IMG/VR virus record: IMGVR_UViG_3300028048_000064 | Location: 64,001 to 128,000 of that record | Direction: 5' to 3' (one strand) | DNA length: 64,000 bases | From: a virus | Taxonomy: Duplodnaviria; Caudoviricetes | Part shown: positions 52,577 to 61,569 of the stretch, piece after piece | Position numbering within the stretch: the first letter of the stretch is position 1 | How the letters are laid out: each line of letters starts with the position of its first letter | Notes under the pieces: model-generated | Seen by the model: the letters and a program-made list of their open reading frames with translations, nothing else | What the model was told of the DNA's origin: nothing | The model's database searches: none | Position numbers and translations under genes: made by a program

Positions 52577-54026
52577 TGAGCAAGTATTTACCCCATCTTG
52601 GATGGTGAGGCTTATGCTTGATAAATTGCAGTATTCTGGAAACGGGGTACTGCAAAAGCATATTATAGATAATAGTTGTGGTAAGGGTGCATTCTTAACC
52701 AATGTAGTAGATAGGTACTGTAAGGCTTATATTGCAGCCAATGGTTCTGAAAATGGGCTTAAACATGAACTTGAAACATATATTCACGGAATTGAAGTTG
52801 ATGAAGCATGTTGGGGAATAACAATTGTTGAACTTAACAGAGTTGCCTTAAAATACAATATTGAAGATGTCAATTGGAATATAATTAATGGTGATGCACT
52901 TGGGATTAATTCATTTGATGGTAAAATGGATTATGTTGTTGGTAATCCACCTTATTGCAAGGTACATGACTTTGGTGACAAATATGATTTAATTAAGAAA
53001 TATTCATTTGTACAAGGTGGAATGCCTGATTTATATCTTGCATTTTTTGAGATTGGCATCCATATGTTGAATGAAACCGGTAAGTTAATCTATATTACAC
53101 CAAGTACATGGACGGTAACTGTTGCAGGAAAAACGTTTAGAAAATACCTAATTGAAAACAATACACTATCTGATGTAATTGTTATGGAGCATGAACAGAT
53201 ATTCCCGGAGGCAACCACATTTACAATGATTACACAGATTGATAATTCCAAGAAAGATATAAAGGAGGATTATAATAAGGTAACATTATATAAGTATAAT
53301 CCTAAAACCGTTGATTTTGATTATATTGCAACAAGACCATTATCATTGTTTACCGTTGGGGAAATGTTCTGTTTTGTAGGGGATACAGATACATTAAACC
53401 TTATGAAAGGGGTTAATAAGCATGAATATGATGATATTATCAAGGTTAAGAACGGATTTGCAACATTGAATGATAAATTATTCATTATCGATGAGAATAT
53501 ACCGGAAACAGACCCAAGATTTGTTGCAAAGGACTATATCATGGTTATTAAGGCATCAACAGGTGAACAGAAATGGGCAATTTTCCCTTATAATATGCAG
53601 AAAGACATGAAACCGTTCAAATTCGATGAGTTAAGTGAATATGCAAGAAACTATCTTCTTGAAAGAGCAAATGAACTGCATTTGGAAGAGCAAGGCAGAA
53701 TGAAAGGAAAATGGTGGCTCTATGGACGGACTCAAGCAATTAATGATGTTGCAACAGGAATGAGATATTCTGTCAGCCCGATTATCAGTTGCAAGGAAGA
53801 TGTAATTGTTAAGTATGTATTTTCCGGTATGGGTGTATATGGCGGAGTGTTTGTAATACCAAATGGAACAGAACTTGATTTTGACGTTGAGGAATGCCTG
53901 AAGACTGATGAGTTTATCAGTTATGTGAAAGCACTTGGCAGATTTAAAAACGGTGGTTATTATACATTCTCATCAAAGGAATTACAGAATTATCTGAATT
54001 ATAAGTATAAACAAAGCAGAATGTAA
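52569..54026 (+). CDS. Eco57I/TaqI-like (gamma class) N6-adenine DNA methyltransferase
   Basis: QVFTP, IDNSCGKGAF, GIE, VGNPPY, DLYLAF. Start moved to ATG 52569. Confidence 0.88.
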   Translation: MHNEQVFTPSWMVRLMLDKLQYSGNGVLQKHIIDNSCGKGAFLTNVVDRYCKAYIAANGSENGLKHELETYIHGIEVDEACWGITIVELNRVALKYNIEDVNWNIINGDALGINSFDGKMDYVVGNPPYCKVHDFGDKYDLIKKYSFVQGGMPDLYLAFFEIGIHMLNETGKLIYITPSTWTVTVAGKTFRKYLIENNTLSDVIVMEHEQIFPEATTFTMITQIDNSKKDIKEDYNKVTLYKYNPKTVDFDYIATRPLSLFTVGEMFCFVGDTDTLNLMKGVNKHEYDDIIKVKNGFATLNDKLFIIDENIPETDPRFVAKDYIMVIKASTGEQKWAIFPYNMQKDMKPFKFDELSEYARNYLLERANELHLEEQGRMKGKWWLYGRTQAINDVATGMRYSVSPIISCKEDVIVKYVFSGMGVYGGVFVIPNGTELDFDVEECLKTDEFISYVKALGRFKNGGYYTFSSKELQNYLNYKYKQSRM

Positions 54027-54053
54027 TTGGTATTTTAGATTAATTCATATATA

Positions 54054-54090
54054 AAAAGAGAGCATTGATATTTTTTTCTTTGCTCTCTTT
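54054..54090. terminator. hairpin terminator
   Basis: AAAGAGAGCA...TGCTCTCTTT. Confidence 0.55.
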
Positions 54091-54359
54091 CTTTTTAGAA
54101 TTGTTTACTATATTTTTACAATAAAAATTTTTCTTAAATTTATATTTTTTTCTTTCTGATAACTTGTTTCTTTTTGTATGAAACTATATATTTATCTAAT
54201 GAAGTCAGGTAGAAAACGCCGGCATTCTTGCCAATTTCTGATGGAATCTATATTCCGAGAGTATACGCTGACATACAGAGATATATGCTTGCTATGCTGC
54301 ATTTTTTTACTTGGTGGAAATAACATTTAAAATAAAATATTTTACATATTATATCAAAC

Positions 54360-54950
54360 ATGGTAAATTCATTTTGCAAGGCTGAGGACTATCAGCAAAT
54401 ACTTAACGTAAGGGAAAACGTGTCTATTATCCGTTTTTCAAAAGAACCAATTATGGAACCTGTATATGAGGGAGAAGGCGAAGATATGCACCCAACAGGT
54501 GAATACGTAGACTCAGGCCTCGTTAAATTCACAGAGGAAACTATTATCGGTGAACTGACACCGGAGAAAATCATTGACGTAAGACTTCATGAAGTAGACG
54601 TATATGATGCTTCAGAGGATGTAAACCTCATCTTCGTGAACGGTAAACCAATGTGGTTCGACAAGGTGACACGTACATGCATCAGCTATTCAATGCAGAT
54701 TGAGAAAGAAGCAGGTAATACAACTACTACCCTCTATGATAATGACGGTACTGCATACGTACTCCCAATCGATGATGCACTTAGCATGTTTGGAGCAGTT
54801 GAACTCTATGCAAAGGCTTGCTATAATAAGACACAAGAACATAAGGATAACCTTAAAGCACTCACTACCGTACAAGAGGCACTTGACTATAATATCAAGA
54901 CCGGATATCCTGAAAAACTCAAATTCACTACCCCACAGGAAAGTGAATAA
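54360..54950 (+). CDS. tail-fibre-assembly-like protein (DUF4376-like)
   Basis: YDASEDVN...MWFDK..R, ELYAKACYNKTQEH...YNIKTGYPEKL; precedes the DGR target. Confidence 0.6.
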   Translation: MVNSFCKAEDYQQILNVRENVSIIRFSKEPIMEPVYEGEGEDMHPTGEYVDSGLVKFTEETIIGELTPEKIIDVRLHEVDVYDASEDVNLIFVNGKPMWFDKVTRTCISYSMQIEKEAGNTTTTLYDNDGTAYVLPIDDALSMFGAVELYAKACYNKTQEHKDNLKALTTVQEALDYNIKTGYPEKLKFTTPQESE

Positions 54951-55015
54951 TAGATAGTTTCATACAAAAACCATATTTTTAAAATAATATTATATTAATA
55001 TAACAAGGGAATAAA

Positions 55016-57550
55016 ATGCCAAACGTAAACAATAATATAATTACAAAAGATTGGATGGATGTACATGATGCGGTATTGACTTCCAAACTTAAAGGATTGG
55101 CCGATGCACAGATAGTCCTAACTCTTGATGCTGCTCCGGCAAATTGGGAAACCTATACTACCTATACAATCGGTACAGGGGCATCTGCCGAAGTACATGA
55201 TTTCAAGGAAGGTGATGAGGTTAGAGTACCGGACACAGGTGCTGTCAATGGCTTCTCCTATTATAAGCTTATTAAATTCACCGGAACTGGTAGTAATAAA
55301 ACTGCTACATGGGTGAAAATCGGTGATGGCACTGGTGACTATAGAGGAACTATCAAGGTAACACTGCAAGCAATTGTTAATAATGCACAAGCGTCAGGCG
55401 ATGACCTTAATGGACTTACCGTTAGTGTACAGAACGTTACAGGTAGCGAAGCTGCTATTGTAAAGACATGGGCGGGTAGTGAATTGGTATTCAATCAATT
55501 GACACCAATGAAGGAATACCTTATTACCGTACAGACAAAGAACGATACATATGTAACGAAAATCGGTGGCAATGTTGGTAATACTTATACTGTTGCATCA
55601 TTGGGTATCGCACAGGAAGTATCAAAGACATTCCAATATTTTGCAGAACAATATACAATATCAATTGACAGTAACCAAATTGATAAGACTGATATTGCCA
55701 ATGCAAAGGTTATATATAATGAAACACAATATGCTAATGGTGCTTCATTCAAAGTGCCACTTGGAACAACTATTGCAGTTGACGGCGAAAGTCAAAACGT
55801 AACAGCAACTGACTTGACAAGTACTGGTTATTCATGTGCATTGTCACTTACTAACCATGTTATTAATGCGTTGTACAGTACTGAGGTTTTATCAATTACT
55901 TCTGTAACCTCTGATAAGGCCGGTGATGATTTCGCTGGTGTCACATTTACTGTAAATAATGTTACTAAAACCTATGGTACCGATACACTTACATGGAAAA
56001 TACCATACGGTAATAGCGATATAGTTACAGCTGATAGAACAGGATTTAGTGTTACTATTACTAAAACACCTAATACAGATAAAGCTGACTCGGTATCTAA
56101 AACTGCAACAATCGCATATGAAGAAATGAAAAACGGAGTGTTCGCATATTATTCAAACGGCGATATGAAACCACTTGCACAAGCAGATAACACTGCAATT
56201 GGCGTAGCTGTTATTGATGATGATGCATGCTTTGTAATCGGAAAAAATACTACACAGTTAGCATTTGGTGGATACGGTACAGTTAATTTAACAGGTACTG
56301 CAATGGTAACAACTGATAGTACTACTGCTAAAACTGACTTTGACGGCTATCGTAACACATCAAGAATAATGAATGCACTGAAAGACCAAGCAGGCAATGG
56401 TTCAAGTCCTTATCCTGCAACTACCGGCGCTCCTGCTGCTGAATGGTGCAGAACACAATTCAATGGAGAAGGTTATCTGCCTTCATTAGGTGAAATGAAT
56501 TTTGCTTATCAACATAAAGCTGACATTGATGCAATGATGACCGCTATTGGCGGTACTGCAATGGGAACAAATTACAGCCATTGGACATCAACCCATTATA
56601 ATACAACGCAGTACTCGTGGAGGCTTAGTTGGAATGGTGGCTATGCGAATTACGGCAACCGTTATACCAATAGCTACTACGTGAGGGCGTTCCAAGCTCT
56701 TAAAACTTCAATTACTTTAAATCTTTCTGCAACGGGTAGTTCATCTATCGGTGGGCAAACCGTACTTGTGTCCGACAAATTAGGTAATGTACAAACAGCA
56801 ACATCTGATAGTAATGGTCAAGTGACATTTAGCAACGTTGCATGTGGACAGGTATTTGTTAGCGTTAAAAAATGCTTGGTTAACTCAAATCGTACAATTA
56901 AGGTGTCACCAAACAATAAAGTATTTACTATTGGGTTCAGTATCCCTAATGTAGGCCTATACTACTATAGCCTTGATAAAAATGGCAATGGCGTATTATC
57001 ACCAAGTTCAGCAACCAATGCAATTGGTGTGGCTGTTGTAACAAGTAACTGTGCATTTGTTATTGATAAAAATGATTTATCCGCAGCAAAGGGAGGTACA
57101 GGTATTGCATGGGGTGGTTATCAAGTTGATTTAAGCAATATTGGTGTAATGGTAACAGATAATAGTACAACTGCCAAAACGGACTTCTCTGGTGAGGAAA
57201 ATACTGCCAAGGTTATAAATGCATTGTACCAAGTACAAGGTGCTGCATACAACACTTATCCTGCAACGTATGGTGCTCCTGCATTGGAGACATGTACCAC
57301 TGCATTTAATGGTAAAGGCTATATGCCATCACTTGGTGAATGGAATGCTGCATACAGCAATAAATCAACGATTGACTCTATGATGCAGAATATTAGTGGA
57401 TATACAGCAATTAAAAGTGGATACCATTGGGGTAGTACAATATATAATGCTACGCAGGGCTCGTGGATTCTTTATTGGAATCTTGGCAATTCGGATGGCC
57501 TCGACCGTTATAACTATAGCAGCTACGTGAGGGCGTTCCAAGCTCTTTAA
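55016..57550 (+). CDS. DGR target protein (tail fibre/adhesin) with two tandem C-type-lectin-like domains, each ending in a variable repeat
   Basis: Duplicated AIGVAV...TAKTDF.G..NT...GAPA...GY.PSLGE...W.ST...YVRAFQAL units; both match the TR except at adenines. Confidence 0.9.
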   Translation: MPNVNNNIITKDWMDVHDAVLTSKLKGLADAQIVLTLDAAPANWETYTTYTIGTGASAEVHDFKEGDEVRVPDTGAVNGFSYYKLIKFTGTGSNKTATWVKIGDGTGDYRGTIKVTLQAIVNNAQASGDDLNGLTVSVQNVTGSEAAIVKTWAGSELVFNQLTPMKEYLITVQTKNDTYVTKIGGNVGNTYTVASLGIAQEVSKTFQYFAEQYTISIDSNQIDKTDIANAKVIYNETQYANGASFKVPLGTTIAVDGESQNVTATDLTSTGYSCALSLTNHVINALYSTEVLSITSVTSDKAGDDFAGVTFTVNNVTKTYGTDTLTWKIPYGNSDIVTADRTGFSVTITKTPNTDKADSVSKTATIAYEEMKNGVFAYYSNGDMKPLAQADNTAIGVAVIDDDACFVIGKNTTQLAFGGYGTVNLTGTAMVTTDSTTAKTDFDGYRNTSRIMNALKDQAGNGSSPYPATTGAPAAEWCRTQFNGEGYLPSLGEMNFAYQHKADIDAMMTAIGGTAMGTNYSHWTSTHYNTTQYSWRLSWNGGYANYGNRYTNSYYVRAFQALKTSITLNLSATGSSSIGGQTVLVSDKLGNVQTATSDSNGQVTFSNVACGQVFVSVKKCLVNSNRTIKVSPNNKVFTIGFSIPNVGLYYYSLDKNGNGVLSPSSATNAIGVAVVTSNCAFVIDKNDLSAAKGGTGIAWGGYQVDLSNIGVMVTDNSTTAKTDFSGEENTAKVINALYQVQGAAYNTYPATYGAPALETCTTAFNGKGYMPSLGEWNAAYSNKSTIDSMMQNISGYTAIKSGYHWGSTIYNATQGSWILYWNLGNSDGLDRYNYSSYVRAFQAL
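56606..56701 (+). repeat. DGR variable repeat VR1 (internal)
   Basis: 96-nt ungapped match to the TR; 16 mismatches, all at TR adenines. Confidence 0.95.
57452..57547 (+). repeat. DGR variable repeat VR2 (C-terminal)
   Basis: 96-nt ungapped match to the TR; 19 mismatches, all at TR adenines. Confidence 0.95.
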
Positions 57551-57555
57551 AACTT

Positions 57556-57580
57556 TATTCTCCCCAACCAGGGGAGAATA
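57556..57580 (+). promoter_or_regulatory. hairpin downstream of VR2/IMH (DGR homing hairpin and/or terminator)
   Basis: TATTCTCCCC-AACCA-GGGGAGAATA, a perfect 10-bp stem. Confidence 0.75.
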
Positions 57581-57711
57581 TTTTTTACTTTATTTAGGCT
57601 GTATTTGTTTTTTAACGCTCTTAATTGGTGAACTATCCACGTCTAAAAGTAAGGTACTTTTTGCAAATTTTGTTAAAAATACTTAAATAAAAACATTTTT
57701 TGTGAAAAATA

Positions 57712-57743
57712 TTTGTATATATGCAGAAAAAGTATTACCTTTG
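57712..57743 (+). promoter_or_regulatory. Bacteroidota sigma-A-type promoter for avd-TR-RT
   Basis: TTTG-N20-TACCTTTG. Confidence 0.75.
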
Positions 57744-57786
57744 CACAACAAAATTAAACATTAATACTTTTAAAAAGTAAAATTCG

Positions 57787-58152
57787 ATGGCAAAGACTAA
57801 TACATTATCCGTATATAAAGTTACGGAGGAACTAACAACAAGAGTTTACTTACTTATTGGTAATTATAGTAAAAAATTTAAACATACCCTTGGTGATAAA
57901 ATATGTGAAGGATGTATAGAATTACTTAGTTATATAACATATGCTAATAGGTCAGAAGAAATTGCTGTACGCATAAAGTATTTGAATGATTTTCTTTTAA
58001 AATTTGAAATTGTAAAAAATCAATTAAGATTATCTTATAAACTTAAATGTATAAGTTTAAAACAAATGACTGATATTTCTGTTTTAATCAATGACGTTGA
58101 AAAACAGATTGTTAGTTGGAAGAAATTTAGTAAAACTAAGGAAAATAAATAG
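57787..58152 (+). CDS. avd: DGR accessory variability determinant (four-helix bundle)
   Basis: Basic 121-aa helical protein (LSVYK...KFKHTLGDKI...LRLSYKLKCIS...QIVSWKK) immediately upstream of the TR and RT. Confidence 0.85.
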   Translation: MAKTNTLSVYKVTEELTTRVYLLIGNYSKKFKHTLGDKICEGCIELLSYITYANRSEEIAVRIKYLNDFLLKFEIVKNQLRLSYKLKCISLKQMTDISVLINDVEKQIVSWKKFSKTKENK

Positions 58153-58281
58153 ATAAAAAATTTTTGTCAGAATCATTGAAGTTACGGCGACAATGAGTGA
58201 ACGTTTACTATTAAAAAGAGGGGTGTGCACTGTAAACCTTTAATATTAAGGAGCAGTTAAGTGAATAGTTACACCATGAAA

Positions 58282-58377
58282 ACGCAGAACTCGTGGAAAC
58301 TTAATTGGAATAATGGCAATACGAATAACAACAACCGTTATAACAATAACAACTACGTGAGGGCGTTCCAAGAACTT
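58282..58377 (+). repeat. DGR template repeat (TR)
   Basis: 13 AAY codons and 39 adenines; parent of VR1 and VR2; followed by a GCCACTAT/ATAGTGGC hairpin in the TR-RT spacer. Confidence 0.95.
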
Positions 58378-58468
58378 TTTATAGTAGATATTAAGAGCCA
58401 CTATATTTCAAATAATAGTGGCATTTTTTTTATTAACAATTTTGTTTAATAAAAAAAAAAATAATATT

Positions 58469-59671
58469 ATGGTGGCATATGAAGACATATTTGAAGCATA
58501 TTTTGAATGCAGAAAAAAGAAAAGAGGTAAAAAAACTTCTTTAGAGTTTGAAATGAGTTATGAGGCAGAATGCGTATCTTTAGCAAATGAAATAAATAAT
58601 CGTACATATGAGATTGGTACATCTATAGCATTTTTTGTGCAAAGACCAAAGAAAAGAGAAGTCTTCGCCGCCAATTTTAGAGACCGTGTTGTCCATCATT
58701 GGTTAGCGTTAAGGCTTGAACCTTTATTTGAAAATTTGTTTATTGAAGACACATATAGTTGCAGAAAAGATAAAGGTACGCAATATGGCATTAAATGTTT
58801 AAAAGAAAAAATTGAACATTTAAGTAATAATTATACTGAAGATTGTTATGTTTCAAAATTTGATTTACAAGGCTTTTTCATGTCAATTGACAAGGAAATT
58901 CTTTGGACAAAATTAAAACACTTTATAGAAGAAAACTACAAAAACACTGTTGATTTTGATGATGTATTATGGGTAACAGAAAAAATAGTCAAGCATTGTC
59001 CGGAGAAAAACTGTATAAAACGTTCTCCTGAAAGTTGGTGGATTGGTTTCCCCGAAGACAAGTCATTATTTACTTGTGGTGAAGGGAAAGGCCTTCCAAT
59101 TGGCAATTTAACATCTCAACTATTTGCTAATTTTTATATGCATGAATTTGATGCAATGATGGTAGAAAAATTTGGAGACGGGTATGGCAGATATGTTGAT
59201 GACTTTTTCATAATTGCTAAAGATAAACAAGAGATATTGAATTTTATAAATCCAATGAAAAAGTTTCTTTTTGAAAGACTGCATGTAAAGCTTCATCATA
59301 AAAAGATGTATTTGCAGCATGGGTCAAAAGGTGTTAAATTCATTGGGGGTGTTGTCAAACCAAAACGTATTTATACGGGTAATGAAACCATAACCAACTT
59401 CTGTAATGCCATTGATGACATTAATAAAAATTATCGTAAATATACAATTGAAGACATTGTATGCCGTCTTAATAGTTATTTTGGTTTTTTGAGACACACT
59501 AAAAGCTTTAATATAAGAAAAAGAATGTTTTTAAAACTTAATTTAAAAGTTACTAGTAAGCTTTATTGCAGAGGCTTTTACGAAAGTGTTGTAATTAAAA
59601 AACAGTTTAAAAAGAAAAATAAATTAAAAAATAAGATAAGAAGTTTAATAAAGAATAGTGTTGAATTTTAA
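58469..59671 (+). CDS. DGR reverse transcriptase
   Basis: KKREVFAANFRDRVVHH, YSCRKDKG, KFDLQGFF, GLPIGNLTSQLFANFY, RYVDDF, FIG. Start moved to ATG 58469. Confidence 0.95.
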   Translation: MVAYEDIFEAYFECRKKKRGKKTSLEFEMSYEAECVSLANEINNRTYEIGTSIAFFVQRPKKREVFAANFRDRVVHHWLALRLEPLFENLFIEDTYSCRKDKGTQYGIKCLKEKIEHLSNNYTEDCYVSKFDLQGFFMSIDKEILWTKLKHFIEENYKNTVDFDDVLWVTEKIVKHCPEKNCIKRSPESWWIGFPEDKSLFTCGEGKGLPIGNLTSQLFANFYMHEFDAMMVEKFGDGYGRYVDDFFIIAKDKQEILNFINPMKKFLFERLHVKLHHKKMYLQHGSKGVKFIGGVVKPKRIYTGNETITNFCNAIDDINKNYRKYTIEDIVCRLNSYFGFLRHTKSFNIRKRMFLKLNLKVTSKLYCRGFYESVVIKKQFKKKNKLKNKIRSLIKNSVEF

Positions 59672-59719
59672 AATTTTTATGTCACTCCTATATATTTATA
59701 ATATATAATTTATAAAATT

Positions 59720-60001
59720 ATGAAACAGAAAATACTAATTAACGAAAAACAGTTGCATAACATAGTAAAAAGAACTGTGAATAATGTCTTGAAAGAATGG
59801 GACGATGTTAATGATGAGTCATATCGTGAAAAAACGTTTATTGACGATTTATATAATATACGTGCATATATTGATGCTGCAATAGAGGATGCTGAAAAAG
59901 GTAAATATACGCAAGAGAATGGAAGCTGGTGGCTAAAGCGTTTATATGATAATTGCAAGAGCTTTATCAGTAATTATGATAAGGTTTTTAATTTTTCTTA
60001 A
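59720..60001 (+). CDS. hypothetical protein (possible head-internal protein)
   Basis: N-terminal KILINEKQLHNIVKRTVNNVLKE; preceded by TATATTTAT. Confidence 0.55.
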   Translation: MKQKILINEKQLHNIVKRTVNNVLKEWDDVNDESYREKTFIDDLYNIRAYIDAAIEDAEKGKYTQENGSWWLKRLYDNCKSFISNYDKVFNFS

Positions 60002-60061
60002 AAAAACTTGATACTTTTTGAAAACTACTCTATATTTATTTTTAAAATTAACCAAATAAAA

Positions 60062-60250
60062 ATGCAGAAATCTTACATCAGCGCATCAGCAAGCAGACAA
60101 TGGCTTCAGGGAACCACAACAAGTTGTTCTCCGATTAATAGTGCGTTGTACGATAATTTTGTGCCAGCATTTGAACATGGTTTAGATTATGATAAAATTG
60201 AAAAGGGTATAAAGCAGCGAAAAAAGAAAATATTAAATGTAGCCGCATAG
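60062..60250 (+). CDS. small hypothetical protein ending in -LNVAA
   Basis: Start moved to ATG 60062; followed by a terminator. Confidence 0.5.
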   Translation: MQKSYISASASRQWLQGTTTSCSPINSALYDNFVPAFEHGLDYDKIEKGIKQRKKKILNVAA

Positions 60251-60285
60251 AAACATTCCGATTTAAAACTCAATATATTTTCCCC

Positions 60286-60331
60286 AAAGCTGTGATGAAG
60301 ACCCTAAAAAAGTAAAAATCACGGCTTTTTT
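60286..60331 (+). terminator. intrinsic terminator
   Basis: AAAGCTGTGAT...ATCACGGCTTT plus a T run. Confidence 0.55.
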
Positions 60332-60392
60332 ATATTATAATAAGGTGTATTCCTTAAAAAACATTAAATGGGATAAAAAAGTTGAGAAAATA

Positions 60393-60424
60393 TTTGGATA
60401 TTTCAAAATTAGTTAGTACCTTTG
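60393..60424 (+). promoter_or_regulatory. Bacteroidota sigma-A-type promoter for the tRNA/ncRNA cluster
   Basis: TTTG-N20-TACCTTTG. Confidence 0.75.
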
Positions 60425-60727
60425 CATCGCAATTCAGAAATAATACTTCTGATAAAGCGAAAAACGGAACAATGAGGCAGAAATACCGAATGTAAGTTTC
60501 CAAAAAGAGTTCTTTGACATATTGGGACAACAAAATAAAGCAAAAAAATCAATGCGGAGAGGATTGGTGAAAAACCACATTCATTTTTGTCTATAAGGTG
60601 ACGAATTGGGGTCAGGTAGTCAGTAATTACAAGCCCACCTTACGGGATGAGCCTATAAACAAACAAAATGAATTAGTTCAGTAAATATAAGATAGAAATA
60701 TCTAACAGAATTCCAAATTGGTGAAAT

Positions 60728-60797
60728 GCGTCTTTGGTGTAATGGTTGCATATCTGATTTCCAATCAGAAGGACAGGTTCAATTCCTGAAGACTGCT
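60728..60797 (+). tRNA. tRNA-Gly(TCC), slightly atypical
   Basis: TCTGA-TT-TCC-AA-TCAGA anticodon arm and GGTTCAATTCC T arm; acceptor GCGTCTT/AAGAC(T)GC has a bulge. Confidence 0.75.
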
Positions 60798-60802
60798 CTC
60801 TT

Positions 60803-61256
60803 TTGCATATCATAGGTAGTTTCTTCAAAATTCGGTGGAAATCCTTCCCTTCAAACCTGCAATTTATAATGTGTGGCTTAAGTATGGCGGAGGAACCACA
60901 ACACTAATCAATAATGTGCAAGGATAATACCGAGTTAAATTGAGATAATGACCTCCTTAATTGGACTGGGAAAGTTAAAAGCTTTTTATCTTATAGTACC
61001 TAAGTTGAAATTTATATAGTAGAAAAGCGGAGCACGTGTGAATCGGAGGTAACCAGTTCTAGTAGAAGCACTTCATCGTGTGGGCTGGGCATAAATGAGG
61101 AGATACTACTATGTAACTTGCAAGAATTTCAATAAGGTAATTTCAGACTACAACAAACAAAGAATAGAGGAATAGCAATTTGCTATAAACTCCACTGTCA
61201 ACTGACAGGAAGTAGGCTTTATTGTACAAACCACTTTGTTTGGCTATGATATGCAA
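60803..61256 (+). ncRNA. large (~455 nt) end-paired structured RNA candidate
   Basis: 13-bp perfect closing stem TTGCATATCATAG/CTATGATATGCAA, many internal helices, and no ORF in the track. Confidence 0.6.
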
Positions 61257-61272
61257 TCTTTAGAAAATATAT

Positions 61273-61562
61273 AGAACAAGTACAGACCACTGAGTAGGAA
61301 CTGGGGAAGTGATAGGTAAATGCTAGCTTCATATTTATCATGTAGACGGACTCAAAGCAGTACCGACAGCCCAGTGAAAGGTGTTGGTTAGGATAAGGAG
61401 TTATCCAATACGTGAAGAGCAGCGTATTTCGTGAGAAGCCATAAGCAGGAACACAACAAATGCCGTAAAACAGCGCAAGTGCCTAATAGCGGGTTTCCTG
61501 ATTAAATCTGAATAGATGATAAAAGGTTGCAAAAGTCTGTACCTCGTAAATTTACTTGTTCT
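61273..61562 (+). ncRNA. ~290-nt end-paired structured RNA candidate
   Basis: AGAACAAGTA/TACTTGTTCT and GTACAGAC/GTCTGTAC pairings plus internal hairpins. Confidence 0.55.
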
Positions 61563-61569
61563 TTTGAAT

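Larger units (their letters stand above)
55016..59671 (+). mobile_element. diversity-generating retroelement (target[VR1,VR2]-avd-TR-RT)
   Basis: All components are present, with adenine-specific TR/VR divergence. Confidence 0.93.

Noticed and set aside
43540-54026. Complete restriction-modification systems
   Set aside because: No recognisable cognate restriction endonuclease lies next to any of the three methyltransferases, so they are treated as orphans.
58261-58449. 62-aa Asn-rich ORF
   Set aside because: It is the translation of the DGR template repeat, which is expected to function as RNA.
649-59958. Numerous short antisense and out-of-frame ORFs in the track (for example 3356-3778, 34951-35478, 40775-41098)
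   Set aside because: They lie inside well-supported genes and have the composition of shadow frames.
60803-61562. tmRNA or RNase P RNA
   Set aside because: There are no tRNA-Ala-like termini or tag frame, and no GAGGAAAGUCC-type P4 signature.
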